64,000 nt of DNA from Clostridium sp. (GTDB taxonomy: Bacteria; Bacillota; Clostridia; TANB77; CAG-508), in contig JAHAKD010000005.1 of NCBI GenBank assembly GCA_018371855.1, forward strand, positions 84,928 to 148,927, written 5' to 3'. The notes beneath the pieces are model-generated. The model was not told where the DNA came from. It worked only from the letters and a program-made list of their open reading frames with translations, and ran no database searches. The translations under genes and the position numbers were made by a program. Positions 7,940-17,411 of this stretch are shown in pieces. Within the stretch, counting starts at the first letter, position 1; every line of letters starts with the position of its first letter.

Positions 7940-8414
7940 TTTTAAATCTCTCCTTTAATTTAGATTTTGCACGATAAAAAGTTATTCTTGCCCATACTTC
8001 ACTTCTGTTTAATACTTTTCCAATTTGCTTGAATGATAATTCACCTTCAATTCTTAGTTTTACAACATCTTTAGTGAGATTATCTAATTTTTCTATTTCA
8101 TTATGCAAAGCAATTAAATCACTATTGTTTAAAATTTTTTCTTCAACATCATCTTTAGTTAACCAGTTTTCAATTACATTGTCTAAACTAATAGTTTGTA
8201 TTTTATTATATTTGATTTGATAATTTTTTAATTTGTTTTTTGCTATTTCACATAACCACGAATACATACTACAATTACCTTTAAAATCTTTAATTCCCTT
8301 TATAGCACTATAAAAAGTTTCTTGCATAAGTTCTTCAGAAAGTTCGTGGTTCTTTGTTAAGCTATATAAAAATCTATATACTTGTTTAGAATATTTTTTG
8401 TATATTTCCTCCAT
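7923..8414 (-). CDS. ECF-type sigma-70 family RNA polymerase sigma factor
   Basis: Region 2 (ELMQETFYSAIKGIKDF) and region 4 HTH (LSFKQIGKVLNRSEVWARITFYRAKSKL). Start MEEIYKKY with RBS GGTGGTG. Confidence 0.8.
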   Translation of the reverse strand: MEEIYKKYSKQVYRFLYSLTKNHELSEELMQETFYSAIKGIKDFKGNCSMYSWLCEIAKNKLKNYQIKYNKIQTISLDNVIENWLTKDDVEEKILNNSDLIALHNEIEKLDNLTKDVVKLRIEGELSFKQIGKVLNRSEVWARITFYRAKSKLKERFKNEKGM

Positions 8415-8754
8415 TACACCACCTTCTATATATAAGACAAGAATTTTTATCAATTTGTTACAAAATCTTTAAAAATTTTATAATATTTTACTATTTTTTA
8501 TTACTTTTTGTTATCTTCTATTATCTTTTTTACAAAAAACATTTTTGTGTGCTATAAATTATATCCAACAACTATGTTGTAGGTTAAAGCAAAAGTATGG
8601 ATTTATGGATAAAAGCATAAAGAATTACTTATAGGAGAATATGGATGTAATCTATAGAAAATAATTTTTTAGCCCAATTCTATCTTTAAAACAATTTTTA
8701 TTGTACCAGCTTTTCATATAAAGAAAAGCTGGTTTTTCGGTATATTAAATAAAA

Positions 8755-10455
8755 CTACATAATATTAAATTGGCTTTTGTACATATTATAATATGCTCCT
8801 TTTTTATTGATTAATTCATCATGAGTGCCAACTTCTGCGATATTACCATCTTCTATAAAAACAATAAAATCACAGTTTTTTATTGTAGATAATCTATGTG
8901 CAATAATTATAGAGGTAGAATTCGAAGTTAATTCTAGTATAGCTTTTTTTATCATATCTTCTGTTAGTAAATCGACATTACTTGTAGCTTCATCTAAAAT
9001 TAAAATAGGTGGTTTTATTAGCATAATTCTAGCAATGTTTAATAACTGTACTTCGCCTTCAGAAAGCATATCAGAATTTGATATATACGTATCATAGCCA
9101 TCAGGTAATTTTTCTATAAATGTGCTGGCAAAAGATAATTCCGCAGCTTGTTTAATCTCTTCTATACTTGCATTGGGTTTTCCATATGCAATATTTTCCA
9201 TTATAGTACCTTGAAAAATATTAGTATCTTGAAGAACCATACCGATATTTTTTCTTAAATTATTAATGTTAATATCTTTTATGTTTGTATTATCTATTAA
9301 TATTTCACCACTAGATATTTCGTAAAATCTATTTAATAAATTAATTATTGTAGTTTTACCAGAGCCCGTTTTACCAACTATAGCAATACTTTTTCCATTA
9401 GGAATATATAAACTAAAATCTTGTATAAAAGGTTTATCAGTATACGAAAAATATACATTTTTAAATTCTATAGAATAATTAGGTTTTTCTGGCAGTTTAA
9501 TAGTATTACTAGAAGGTAGATTTTCTATAATAGGAGTAGTTATAAATTTTAAAATCCTTTTGTAAGAAGCAATAGCAGTTTGGATTTCACTAAATACAGC
9601 TGTTATCTCGTTAAATGGTCTAGTAAACAAATTTGTATATATTAAAAAAGTAGAGATATTACCAATTGTTAAATTTCCGTTTTTACAAAATATAATTCCA
9701 AGCATAGCAATTATTATATAAGAAAGGTTTGAAACAAACCTAGTACTAGGATTTGTAAGTGAAGAATAAAACTGTGTTTTATACCCATAGTTATATAATT
9801 CAGAATTTTTTTCTTCGAAATTTTTATTAGGTATTTCAATATAATTAAAATTATCGAAAGTCTTTTTACCACTTATTAATTCGTCAGTATAAGCATTTAA
9901 ATTTGCTAATAAATCTGCTCTTTTAACAAACATTTTATTTGTATGTGAAACGATGTATTTAGATATAGCAAACATTAGTAAAGATAAGACTATAAGTAAA
10001 ATTGTTAAAGGTATATTTAAATTTATCATTATATAAGTAGCTAATATAATGGTAAATATCCCACTTATAATTTTAGAAATGCTTTGCATAGTTCCATTAG
10101 AAATATTTTCTATATCTGTAGAAAACATGTTTATAATTTCACCTTTTTCGAAGCTTTCTAAAATAGATAGTGGTAAGGTATTTATTTTATTAAAAAGAAT
10201 AGTCCTAATATTTCGAGAAAGTTTTGTAGCATAACTAGTTAAAAAATAATTTAATAAAAAATTACTAATAAATAGAAAAATAAATATTAGAGCAAGACTA
10301 ATAAAATAATTTATTAAGCTTGTATTTGTTCCTAGTTTATCTATTAAATTACCTATTATAACAGGATAAGTAATACTTAAGCCTGCAGAAAGGACAGAAA
10401 ATATAATTATTAATAAAATATAAAATTTAGAAAACTTAAATTTAAATAATTTCAT
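8755..10455 (-). CDS. ABC exporter, fused permease/ATPase subunit
   Basis: Six-TM N-terminal domain; Walker A GKTGSGKTT; signature LSEGEVQLL; Walker B ILILDEATS. Confidence 0.85.
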   Translation of the reverse strand: MKLFKFKFSKFYILLIIIFSVLSAGLSITYPVIIGNLIDKLGTNTSLINYFISLALIFIFLFISNFLLNYFLTSYATKLSRNIRTILFNKINTLPLSILESFEKGEIINMFSTDIENISNGTMQSISKIISGIFTIILATYIMINLNIPLTILLIVLSLLMFAISKYIVSHTNKMFVKRADLLANLNAYTDELISGKKTFDNFNYIEIPNKNFEEKNSELYNYGYKTQFYSSLTNPSTRFVSNLSYIIIAMLGIIFCKNGNLTIGNISTFLIYTNLFTRPFNEITAVFSEIQTAIASYKRILKFITTPIIENLPSSNTIKLPEKPNYSIEFKNVYFSYTDKPFIQDFSLYIPNGKSIAIVGKTGSGKTTIINLLNRFYEISSGEILIDNTNIKDININNLRKNIGMVLQDTNIFQGTIMENIAYGKPNASIEEIKQAAELSFASTFIEKLPDGYDTYISNSDMLSEGEVQLLNIARIMLIKPPILILDEATSNVDLLTEDMIKKAILELTSNSTSIIIAHRLSTIKNCDFIVFIEDGNIAEVGTHDELINKKGAYYNMYKSQFNIM

Positions 10456-10458
10456 AAA

Positions 10459-12177
10459 TTATGCTCCTTTGCTTACGCTGTTTTGAAGTTCATATATTTT
10501 TTTATATAAGTCAGAATTGTTTAAAAGCTCAGTACGTGTACCGATATTTTCAATTTTTCCGTTATTAAAGACTAAAATTCTAGAACAGTTTTTTATTGCA
10601 GATGTTTTTTGTGAGGCTATAAATGTTGTAATATTATGTTCTTTAGAATACTTAAAAATATTTTGTAATACTTGTGATTCTGTATATAAATCTAATGCGC
10701 TTGTAACATCGTCAAAAATTAATACTTTAGGACTACCAATAAAACCTCTTGCAATATTTATACGTTGTTTTTGACCACCAGATAAATTAGATGCATTATT
10801 TTGTAAAACAAAGTTTAAGGAGTTTTCTTTTTGATTAACAAATTCACTTGCAATAGAAAGCTCCAAACTTTTTTGTATTTCTTCTTCAGAAGTATCTCTA
10901 CCTAATGCAATGTTTTCAAAAATTGTACTTGTAATAAAATCTGGCTTTTGACAAATATATGTTATATTAGATTTTAAAAAGCTTGGATCATATTTTCTTA
11001 TATCTTCACCGTATAGTTTTAAGTAACCAGAAGAAATATTTAAAGAATTGTTTAGAAGTTTTAAGAAAGTACTTTTTCCCGAACCTGTAAGACCAATAAT
11101 ACCAATAGTTTCGCCAGGTTTTATTTTTAATGATATATCCTTTAAATTACTAGTAGCAAAATACGAAAAATTAACATTAGATATATCAAAAATATAGTTG
11201 TTAGGTTTAAATTCTTTAAGGTTACCAGTGTGTTTATTTCCTTTTAGGTTAAATAATTCTATTATGCGTTTTGAAGAAGCGAAAGCTTTTGTGTAAATTG
11301 CAACTAAGTTTGAAAGTACAATAACAGCTAATAGCATCTCAGAAATGTAATTTATTATTGCAATAATTTCACCTTTAGATAAATTTCCAAATCCAAATTC
11401 AACATTGCTAATATTTAATACTATTAGTGTAGTAAAGTTTAAAATAAATATAGAAACAGGATTTAGTAGAAAGGATAAAATAGTTGCAAGTTTACTATAG
11501 ATATATGTTAGATTATTTACTTTATCAAATTTTGTTTTTTCTGTATTTTGTGTTACAAAACTACGAATTAATTTAATATTAGTTAAGTTTTCTTTTATTC
11601 TTAAGGTTAGCTTGTCTAACTGTAAATTAGCTTTTTGATAAAGTTTACTAGCAGTTTTTGCAATTAGCAAAATTACTAGAAATAGTATAATACTTGCTAC
11701 AAGAACATTTATTGCAATTTGTATGTTTATTAATAAAATCATAATAATTGAGCCAATAAAAATAAATGGAACTCTTATTACTAGTCTTATGAACATAGCA
11801 GTTCCTGTTTCTAAATTAGTAACATCATTAATAATTCGATTTACTATGGCGGAACTACCAATGCTATTTAATTTATTAGAAGGAACTTTTTGAATATGAA
11901 CAAATAATTTTTCACGTAAAGTTTTGCTATATCCTTGCGAAGTAATTGCAGCTATGTATTGTGCACTACAAGCAAAAATAAGTCCTAATAATACAAGTAT
12001 AATTAATCCAGCAGAGTAGTATATAAGCTCTGTAGAAGAAAATGTATTATAATTATCTATAAAAAAGGCAATAATAATTGGCAATAGTACTTCTATTATT
12101 GCTTCTAACAATTTTAATATTGGTCCAACTATTAAATTTACCTTATATTTTTTAAAATATTTTAATAATGTCTTCAT
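10459..12177 (-). CDS. ABC exporter, fused permease/ATPase subunit (heterodimer partner)
   Basis: TMD plus NBD with GLTGSGKST, LSGGQKQRINIAR, LIFDDVTSALD. Start MKTLLKYFKKY with RBS AAGGAT. Confidence 0.85.
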   Translation of the reverse strand: MKTLLKYFKKYKVNLIVGPILKLLEAIIEVLLPIIIAFFIDNYNTFSSTELIYYSAGLIILVLLGLIFACSAQYIAAITSQGYSKTLREKLFVHIQKVPSNKLNSIGSSAIVNRIINDVTNLETGTAMFIRLVIRVPFIFIGSIIMILLINIQIAINVLVASIILFLVILLIAKTASKLYQKANLQLDKLTLRIKENLTNIKLIRSFVTQNTEKTKFDKVNNLTYIYSKLATILSFLLNPVSIFILNFTTLIVLNISNVEFGFGNLSKGEIIAIINYISEMLLAVIVLSNLVAIYTKAFASSKRIIELFNLKGNKHTGNLKEFKPNNYIFDISNVNFSYFATSNLKDISLKIKPGETIGIIGLTGSGKSTFLKLLNNSLNISSGYLKLYGEDIRKYDPSFLKSNITYICQKPDFITSTIFENIALGRDTSEEEIQKSLELSIASEFVNQKENSLNFVLQNNASNLSGGQKQRINIARGFIGSPKVLIFDDVTSALDLYTESQVLQNIFKYSKEHNITTFIASQKTSAIKNCSRILVFNNGKIENIGTRTELLNNSDLYKKIYELQNSVSKGA

Positions 12178-12330
12178 AAAGCTAAATCCTTTCGTAACTT
12201 GTAAAGTCAAAATTATTATATCATTAAAGCAATAAAAATATGTAGTTATTTCATATAAAAAATATACATATATAAGTGGACATTTTGTGGTATATAATAT
12301 AAAATGTACTATAGATTTAGGAGGACAAAG

Positions 12331-13083
12331 ATGAAAGCTTTAGTTACAGGTGCATCATCAGGAATAGGAGAGGAAATAGCTAAAGAATTAGCAAAAAGAG
12401 GATATGATATAATTCTTGTAGCTAGAAATGAAGAAAAATTAAAAGATGTTGCCTCAAAGATAAAAACCAATACCAGAATAATAACTATGGATTTATCTAA
12501 TAAAGAAAATTGTGAAGAGTTATATGAAGAAACAAAGAATGAAGATATAGATATCTTAATAAATAATGCAGGTTTTGGTGTTCACGGAAAATTTTGTGAT
12601 ACAGATTTAAATAAAGAAGTGCAAATGATAGAAACAAATATAACTGCAGTTCATATTTTAATGAAATTATTTTTAAAAGATATGATAAAGAAAAATAGTG
12701 GATATATTTTGAATGTTGCTTCTATGGCAGCATTTGGCCCAGGCCCATTAATGAGTGCATATTATGCTTCAAAAGCTTATGTATATAGATTGTCACAGGG
12801 GGTAAAAACAGAATTAAAAAAGAATAATTCAAAGGTTAAAATTTCGGTATTATGCCCAGGACCCGTAAGGACAAATTTTAATAAAGTAGCAGGAGTAGAT
12901 TTTGCAGCACCATCAATAAGTAGTGAATATGTTGCTAAATATGCAGTAAAGAAAATGCTAAAAAATAAATTTACAATAGTTCCTGGTACTTTTATGAAAA
13001 TAACTAGATTTTTCGAGAAAATAACTCCACATAATTTAGTAAGCAATGTTTCATATTTTGTAAATTACCGTAAAGATAAATGA
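12331..13083 (+). CDS. SDR-family short-chain dehydrogenase/reductase
   Basis: TGASSGIG Rossmann motif, NNAG, and YxxxK (YASKAY). RBS AGGAGG. Confidence 0.8.
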   Translation: MKALVTGASSGIGEEIAKELAKRGYDIILVARNEEKLKDVASKIKTNTRIITMDLSNKENCEELYEETKNEDIDILINNAGFGVHGKFCDTDLNKEVQMIETNITAVHILMKLFLKDMIKKNSGYILNVASMAAFGPGPLMSAYYASKAYVYRLSQGVKTELKKNNSKVKISVLCPGPVRTNFNKVAGVDFAAPSISSEYVAKYAVKKMLKNKFTIVPGTFMKITRFFEKITPHNLVSNVSYFVNYRKDK

Positions 13084-13110
13084 ACTTTAGGGACGGGGGA
13101 AAAGTTCAAA
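13082..13110. repeat. partial/degenerate copy of the GGGACG-core palindromic repeat (GAACTTTAGGGACGGGGGAAAAGTTC)
   Basis: 7-bp inverted repeat flanking a TTTAGGGACG core immediately after the SDR stop codon. Confidence 0.3.
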
Positions 13111-13157
13111 AATAGTGAATTTATTTGCAATACTAAGTAAAATAAAGGAGAAATATT

Positions 13158-13712
13158 ATGAAATTAATGTTTGCATCAGATATACATGGAAATGCATATT
13201 TTTGTAATAAACTTAAGGAAGCATATAATAAAGAACAACCAGAAAAATTAATATTGTTAGGAGATTTATTATATAATAAATCGATTCTATCATTTGGAAG
13301 AAATAGTGAAAGGCAAAAAACAGCCGGAATTCTGAATGATTTAATGGATTATATAATTGCAGTAAGGGGAAATTGTGATACGGATTTAGATCAAGCATTA
13401 TTATATTTTCCAATAATGATTGATTATAAAAAATTAAATGTTGATGGATATGAAATTTTCATAACACATGGTCATTTATATTATAAATATTATTTACCAC
13501 CTTCAAATAAAAAGGTAATTTTAATACATGGACATACACATGTACCATGTATAGAAAATACGAAAGAATATATGTACTTAAATCCAGGTTCTATATCTGA
13601 TCCAAGAGAAGGAAATCCTAATACTTATATGATATACGAAAATAAAGAATTTATAATTAAAGATATAGAAGGACACGAGTTTAAAAGCATAAATTTAGAT
13701 GAATGCTATTAA
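13158..13712 (+). CDS. metallophosphoesterase, YfcE/MJ0936-like Mn-dependent phosphodiesterase
   Basis: DIHGN, GDLL, GNCD, THGH and GHTH motifs. Confidence 0.75.
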   Translation: MKLMFASDIHGNAYFCNKLKEAYNKEQPEKLILLGDLLYNKSILSFGRNSERQKTAGILNDLMDYIIAVRGNCDTDLDQALLYFPIMIDYKKLNVDGYEIFITHGHLYYKYYLPPSNKKVILIHGHTHVPCIENTKEYMYLNPGSISDPREGNPNTYMIYENKEFIIKDIEGHEFKSINLDECY

Positions 13713-14223
13713 TTATGATAAAATAAAATATCATATAGTATATGGAAAAGTAAAAAATTTATATATTCATATAAAAAATGGTGAAGTAATAGTGAAGGCA
13801 CCTAGGTTTATTACTAAAAAATACATAGATGAGATTGTAGAACAAAAAAGAAATTGGATATTAAAAAAACTAGAAGAAAGTAAAAATGAAACCAAAGAAA
13901 GAGAATATACTAAAATAGATATAGATAATTTAAAAACTAAATTAGAATATATTTTTCCGGAATTAATAAAACAAACAAATTTAGTTCCAAATAAGATAAG
14001 AATTAGAAACATAAAATACGCTTGGGGAAGTTGCTCAAGTAATAAGAATATAACAATAAATTTGAAGCTTGTTGATAAATCGGAAGAGGAAATAAAATAT
14101 GTTGTATTACATGAATTATGTCATTTAAAATATATGAATCATTCAGAAAAATTTTGGAACTTAGTAGAAAAATATATGCCAAATTATAAAGAAATTAGAA
14201 AACAACTAAAATACAATAGATAA
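13699..14223 (+). CDS. YgjP/DUF45-like zinc metallopeptidase-fold hydrolase (WLM/SprT-like clan)
   Basis: HELCHL zincin motif. Overlaps the upstream gene by 14 nt, suggesting an operon. Confidence 0.6.
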   Translation: MNAINYDKIKYHIVYGKVKNLYIHIKNGEVIVKAPRFITKKYIDEIVEQKRNWILKKLEESKNETKEREYTKIDIDNLKTKLEYIFPELIKQTNLVPNKIRIRNIKYAWGSCSSNKNITINLKLVDKSEEEIKYVVLHELCHLKYMNHSEKFWNLVEKYMPNYKEIRKQLKYNR

Positions 14224-14239
14224 GACAGGAGATACAAAA

Positions 14240-15739
14240 ATGATAAGTTCAAAAGATGGAATAATAGGTTTTGCAATAGGGGATGCAATGGGAGTTCCAG
14301 TAGAATTTACCAACAGGGAAAAACTAATGAGAAATCCAATAACTTCAATGGAAGGCTTTATGAGCCATAATGTTCCAAAGGGGACTTGGTCAGATGATAC
14401 ATCTATGACAATAGCCACAATGGATTCGATAATTAACTCTAATGGAGATATTATAGCAAATGATATGGCAAATAGATTTTTAGAGTGGATGGAAAAGGGA
14501 GAATATACACCAGGTGGAAAAATTGTTGATATAGATAGGACAACTTTAAGGGCACTAGGTAAATATAAAACAACAAGAAGAAGTGCTGTAAATTGTGGAT
14601 GTACAAGCAATACAGATAATGGTAATGGTTCATTAATGAGAATGTTACCAGTAGTGTATTATTCATATTTAAATTGGCTAGAGCAAGATAAAATCTTAAA
14701 ATTAGTTGCTGGTATATCATCAATTACACATGCAAATGAGCTAGTAATTATGGGATGTTATATGTATGTTAATTATGCCATTGAATTATTAAATACTAAT
14801 AACAGAAAAGCAGCATATTCTAAAATTCAAAATTTAGATTATTCGATGTTTTCTATGCCAACAATAAGAGCATATACTAGAATTCTAGATCATGAAATTT
14901 ACCATTATGGTATAGACGAAATAAAGTCATCAAGTTATATAGTAGATACACTAGAAGCTGTTTTATGGGTACTTATAAATACAGATACATATAATCAAGC
15001 AATAATTGGAGCAATTAACTTAGGTAGTGATACAGATACAATTGCAGCTTGTACAGGAGGTTTAGCAGGAATTATTTATGGAATAAAAAGTATTAATTCA
15101 GATTGGAAAATTGATTTACGTAAATATTCAGAAATTATAGACATTTGTGAGCAATTTGATGATGTATTATATAAATTAAATGGAAAAGAAATTAATAATA
15201 ATACAGTAAATAAAAATGATATATTAAGAAGAATAGAAATTGTAAATAATGAAATAACCGAAGTTCCAGCAGATGCATTAGTTTGTGCCAATACATCTGG
15301 TAATTTAGGAAGAGGGGGAGAAGGTACAATATTTTCTAGGGCTGGTATAGAGTTAGAAAATAAATGTAAAGAGTTTGACGAATTAAGTAAAGGAGAAGCT
15401 AAAGTAACAAGAGCATATAGAATTGATACAAAATATATTATTCATACAGTTGTACCAAAATGGTATGATGAAAGTGAAAAAAATCAAAATGAATTATTAG
15501 AAGAATGCTATAAAAATATTTTTAGAATTTCTGCAGATTATGATATTAAAAGTATTGCAATTCCTACACTTGGAATTGGTGCTTGTAGTGCTCCGGTAGA
15601 TGTAGCAGTTAAAATTGCAATTGATGGTATAATAAATAACTTCTTTAGAAATCCTGATATAGATAAAATTTACATAGTTTGTAACGATTCTAGAATACAA
15701 AGAACATATATAGAATACTTAAACAGCTTATTAGATTAA
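14240..15739 (+). CDS. ADP-ribosylglycohydrolase (ARH/DraG-like) fused to a C-terminal macro domain
   Basis: N-terminal GFAIGDAMGVPVEF...SDDTSMT ARH signature (~330 aa). C-terminal ~160 aa reads ADALVCANTSGNLGRGGEG...AIPTLGIGACSAP, typical of macro domains. Confidence 0.7.
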   Translation: MISSKDGIIGFAIGDAMGVPVEFTNREKLMRNPITSMEGFMSHNVPKGTWSDDTSMTIATMDSIINSNGDIIANDMANRFLEWMEKGEYTPGGKIVDIDRTTLRALGKYKTTRRSAVNCGCTSNTDNGNGSLMRMLPVVYYSYLNWLEQDKILKLVAGISSITHANELVIMGCYMYVNYAIELLNTNNRKAAYSKIQNLDYSMFSMPTIRAYTRILDHEIYHYGIDEIKSSSYIVDTLEAVLWVLINTDTYNQAIIGAINLGSDTDTIAACTGGLAGIIYGIKSINSDWKIDLRKYSEIIDICEQFDDVLYKLNGKEINNNTVNKNDILRRIEIVNNEITEVPADALVCANTSGNLGRGGEGTIFSRAGIELENKCKEFDELSKGEAKVTRAYRIDTKYIIHTVVPKWYDESEKNQNELLEECYKNIFRISADYDIKSIAIPTLGIGACSAPVDVAVKIAIDGIINNFFRNPDIDKIYIVCNDSRIQRTYIEYLNSLLD

Positions 15740-15740
15740 A

Positions 15741-15781
15741 AAACATGGAAGTAGATGTTTCTTTCTACTTCCATGTTTTTG
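15741..15781. terminator. bidirectional intrinsic terminator (AAAACATGGAAGTAGA-n-TCTACTTCCATGTTTTT)
   Basis: Perfect 15-bp stem flanked by an A-run and a T-run. Confidence 0.65.
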
Positions 15782-15944
15782 TGTGTATGTTATTGTCCAA
15801 TTTCCGGATGCTTTTTTTGCAAATCTGCAAACATATCGTATTCTTTGTCTGCCTTTTTCATTATGGAAGAGGTTGTAAAATACCCCTCAAAAATGGTGAC
15901 AATAAGAATATAGAATATTTTAAGAAATGTCCTATTATATATGA

Positions 15945-17150
15945 TTAATATTTTACAATGTCATTATATGTTTCTATTGCATAACTATCTGTCATACCAG
16001 AAATATATGTAATAATAGCTTTTTGATAATCTTTAATATCATTCATGTTATATAAAATTTTGTTTTTCAAATGAGATCTATCTGTTTCTATGTTCCAATA
16101 ACAAGAAATCCACTTTATAAAAGTATCAATCACTTTAGGATAAAATGGTCTTTCAATGTTTAATTTCTCTAAAGTATTTATACCATCATAACATTCATTT
16201 AATGTATTAAATATTTCGTTAAGCACAAGACTAAAATATCTTTCTGAAGGTTTCATACATTTGTGTTTATAAATATATTTGTAATTAAATTGTTTTAATC
16301 TTTTTATTTTTTCAAATGTAGTTTCAGAAAATTTTAAGCCTTCTTCTAAAGAGGAATTAATACATAGATCAGCTATTAAATCACCTATAATATTAGTATT
16401 ATTTAAATTAGCACTTCTAGGTTGTTCTAATAAATCATATAATTCATTTAAATTACTATCTAGTATTCCCATAGAAATGGCATCTTCTATATCTCTACCT
16501 AAATATGAGATTTTATCAGAAATTTTAACAACGCAACCCTCCCAAGTATATGGGGAATATTGGTTAAGTTTAAAATAATCTTTTTCTAAATCGATAAATT
16601 CAGTTCTAGGTTTTAAAGAAATTTCATCAATTTCACCACAGTGAGATATAATACCATCTCTTACTGCATATGTTAAGTTTAGATTTTTTTCTTCGTTATT
16701 AACATTTGTTAGCAATTCTATATTATCAACAAAATTTAAACCATTTCTTTCATGCCAAAAAGATTCTAAACCATTTTCCATACAAATTTTATTTAAAATT
16801 TGTTCGCCTTTATGTCCAAAAGGGCTATGACCAATATCGTGTGATATAGAAATGGCTCTTGTTAAAGTGGTATTTAAACCTAATGCTTTTGCAATTGTAT
16901 AACTTGTTGCATCAACATTGTTTACATGTTCAATACGAGTACAAATATGATCATTTTTTGGTAAAAAGAATACCTGTGTTTTATGCTTTAATCTTCTATA
17001 AGCATTACAATATATGATTCTATCATAATCTCTTTCGAATTCAGAGCGTACATCATTTTCTTTTTTATATAGTTCATCTCTTCTTGAAATTAAATTATTC
17101 CAATTAGGGTTAGATGGGGTAGCAGCAACACTACTAAATTTTAAATCCAT
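15945..17150 (-). CDS. dgt: dGTP triphosphohydrolase-like HD-domain protein
   Basis: ISHDIGHSPFGHKGE HD motif and the dGTPase-family N-terminus (DYDRIIY...RRLKHKTQVF). Confidence 0.8.
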   Translation of the reverse strand: MDLKFSSVAATPSNPNWNNLISRRDELYKKENDVRSEFERDYDRIIYCNAYRRLKHKTQVFFLPKNDHICTRIEHVNNVDATSYTIAKALGLNTTLTRAISISHDIGHSPFGHKGEQILNKICMENGLESFWHERNGLNFVDNIELLTNVNNEEKNLNLTYAVRDGIISHCGEIDEISLKPRTEFIDLEKDYFKLNQYSPYTWEGCVVKISDKISYLGRDIEDAISMGILDSNLNELYDLLEQPRSANLNNTNIIGDLIADLCINSSLEEGLKFSETTFEKIKRLKQFNYKYIYKHKCMKPSERYFSLVLNEIFNTLNECYDGINTLEKLNIERPFYPKVIDTFIKWISCYWNIETDRSHLKNKILYNMNDIKDYQKAIITYISGMTDSYAIETYNDIVKY

Positions 17151-17241
17151 TAAAATACCTCCTATAATTTATATATAAGATAGTGTATCATAAAAATAAT
17201 ATAATGATAAGAAATTTTGTTCGAAAAAATTAAAAAAGTAC

Positions 17242-17305
17242 TTGATTTTTTTATAAAAGGGAGTATAATATAATTCATAAAAGTCAAAGAAAGTCAAAGT
17301 CAAAA
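17242..17305 (+). promoter_or_regulatory. ctsR promoter (TTGATT-16-TATAAT) with tandem CtsR heptad operator AGTCAAAGAAAGTCAAAGTCAAAA
   Basis: Match to the CtsR consensus A/GGTCAAAnAnA/GGTCAAA, immediately downstream of the -10. Confidence 0.8.
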
Positions 17306-17411
17306 AAGCATAAACTTTGTAGATGGAGGTAAAAGTTCATAAATTAACATAAAAAATGAACTTTAAGTCCCATCAATAAAGTTCAAAAGTTCATATAAAG
17401 GAAGTGAAAAA

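Noticed and set aside
8825-12210. Several plus-strand ORFs inside the ABC transporter genes (8825..9097, 10049..10234, 10517..10774) and minus ORFs inside other genes (12777..13046, 13213..13413, 13767..14012, 14206..14723, 15076..15291, 15497..15700)
   Set aside because: All are antisense or embedded in well-supported genes. They lack RBSs and are AT-rich low-complexity, typical spurious ORFs in a low-GC genome.
15745-15948. Plus-strand 67-aa ORF after the ARH::macro gene
   Set aside because: Starts inside the bidirectional terminator hairpin and lacks an RBS.
17340-17400. CIRCE (HrcA) element in the ctsR leader
   Set aside because: The inverted repeat AAAGTTCAT/ATGAACTTT does not match TTAGCACTC-N9-GAGTGCTAA.
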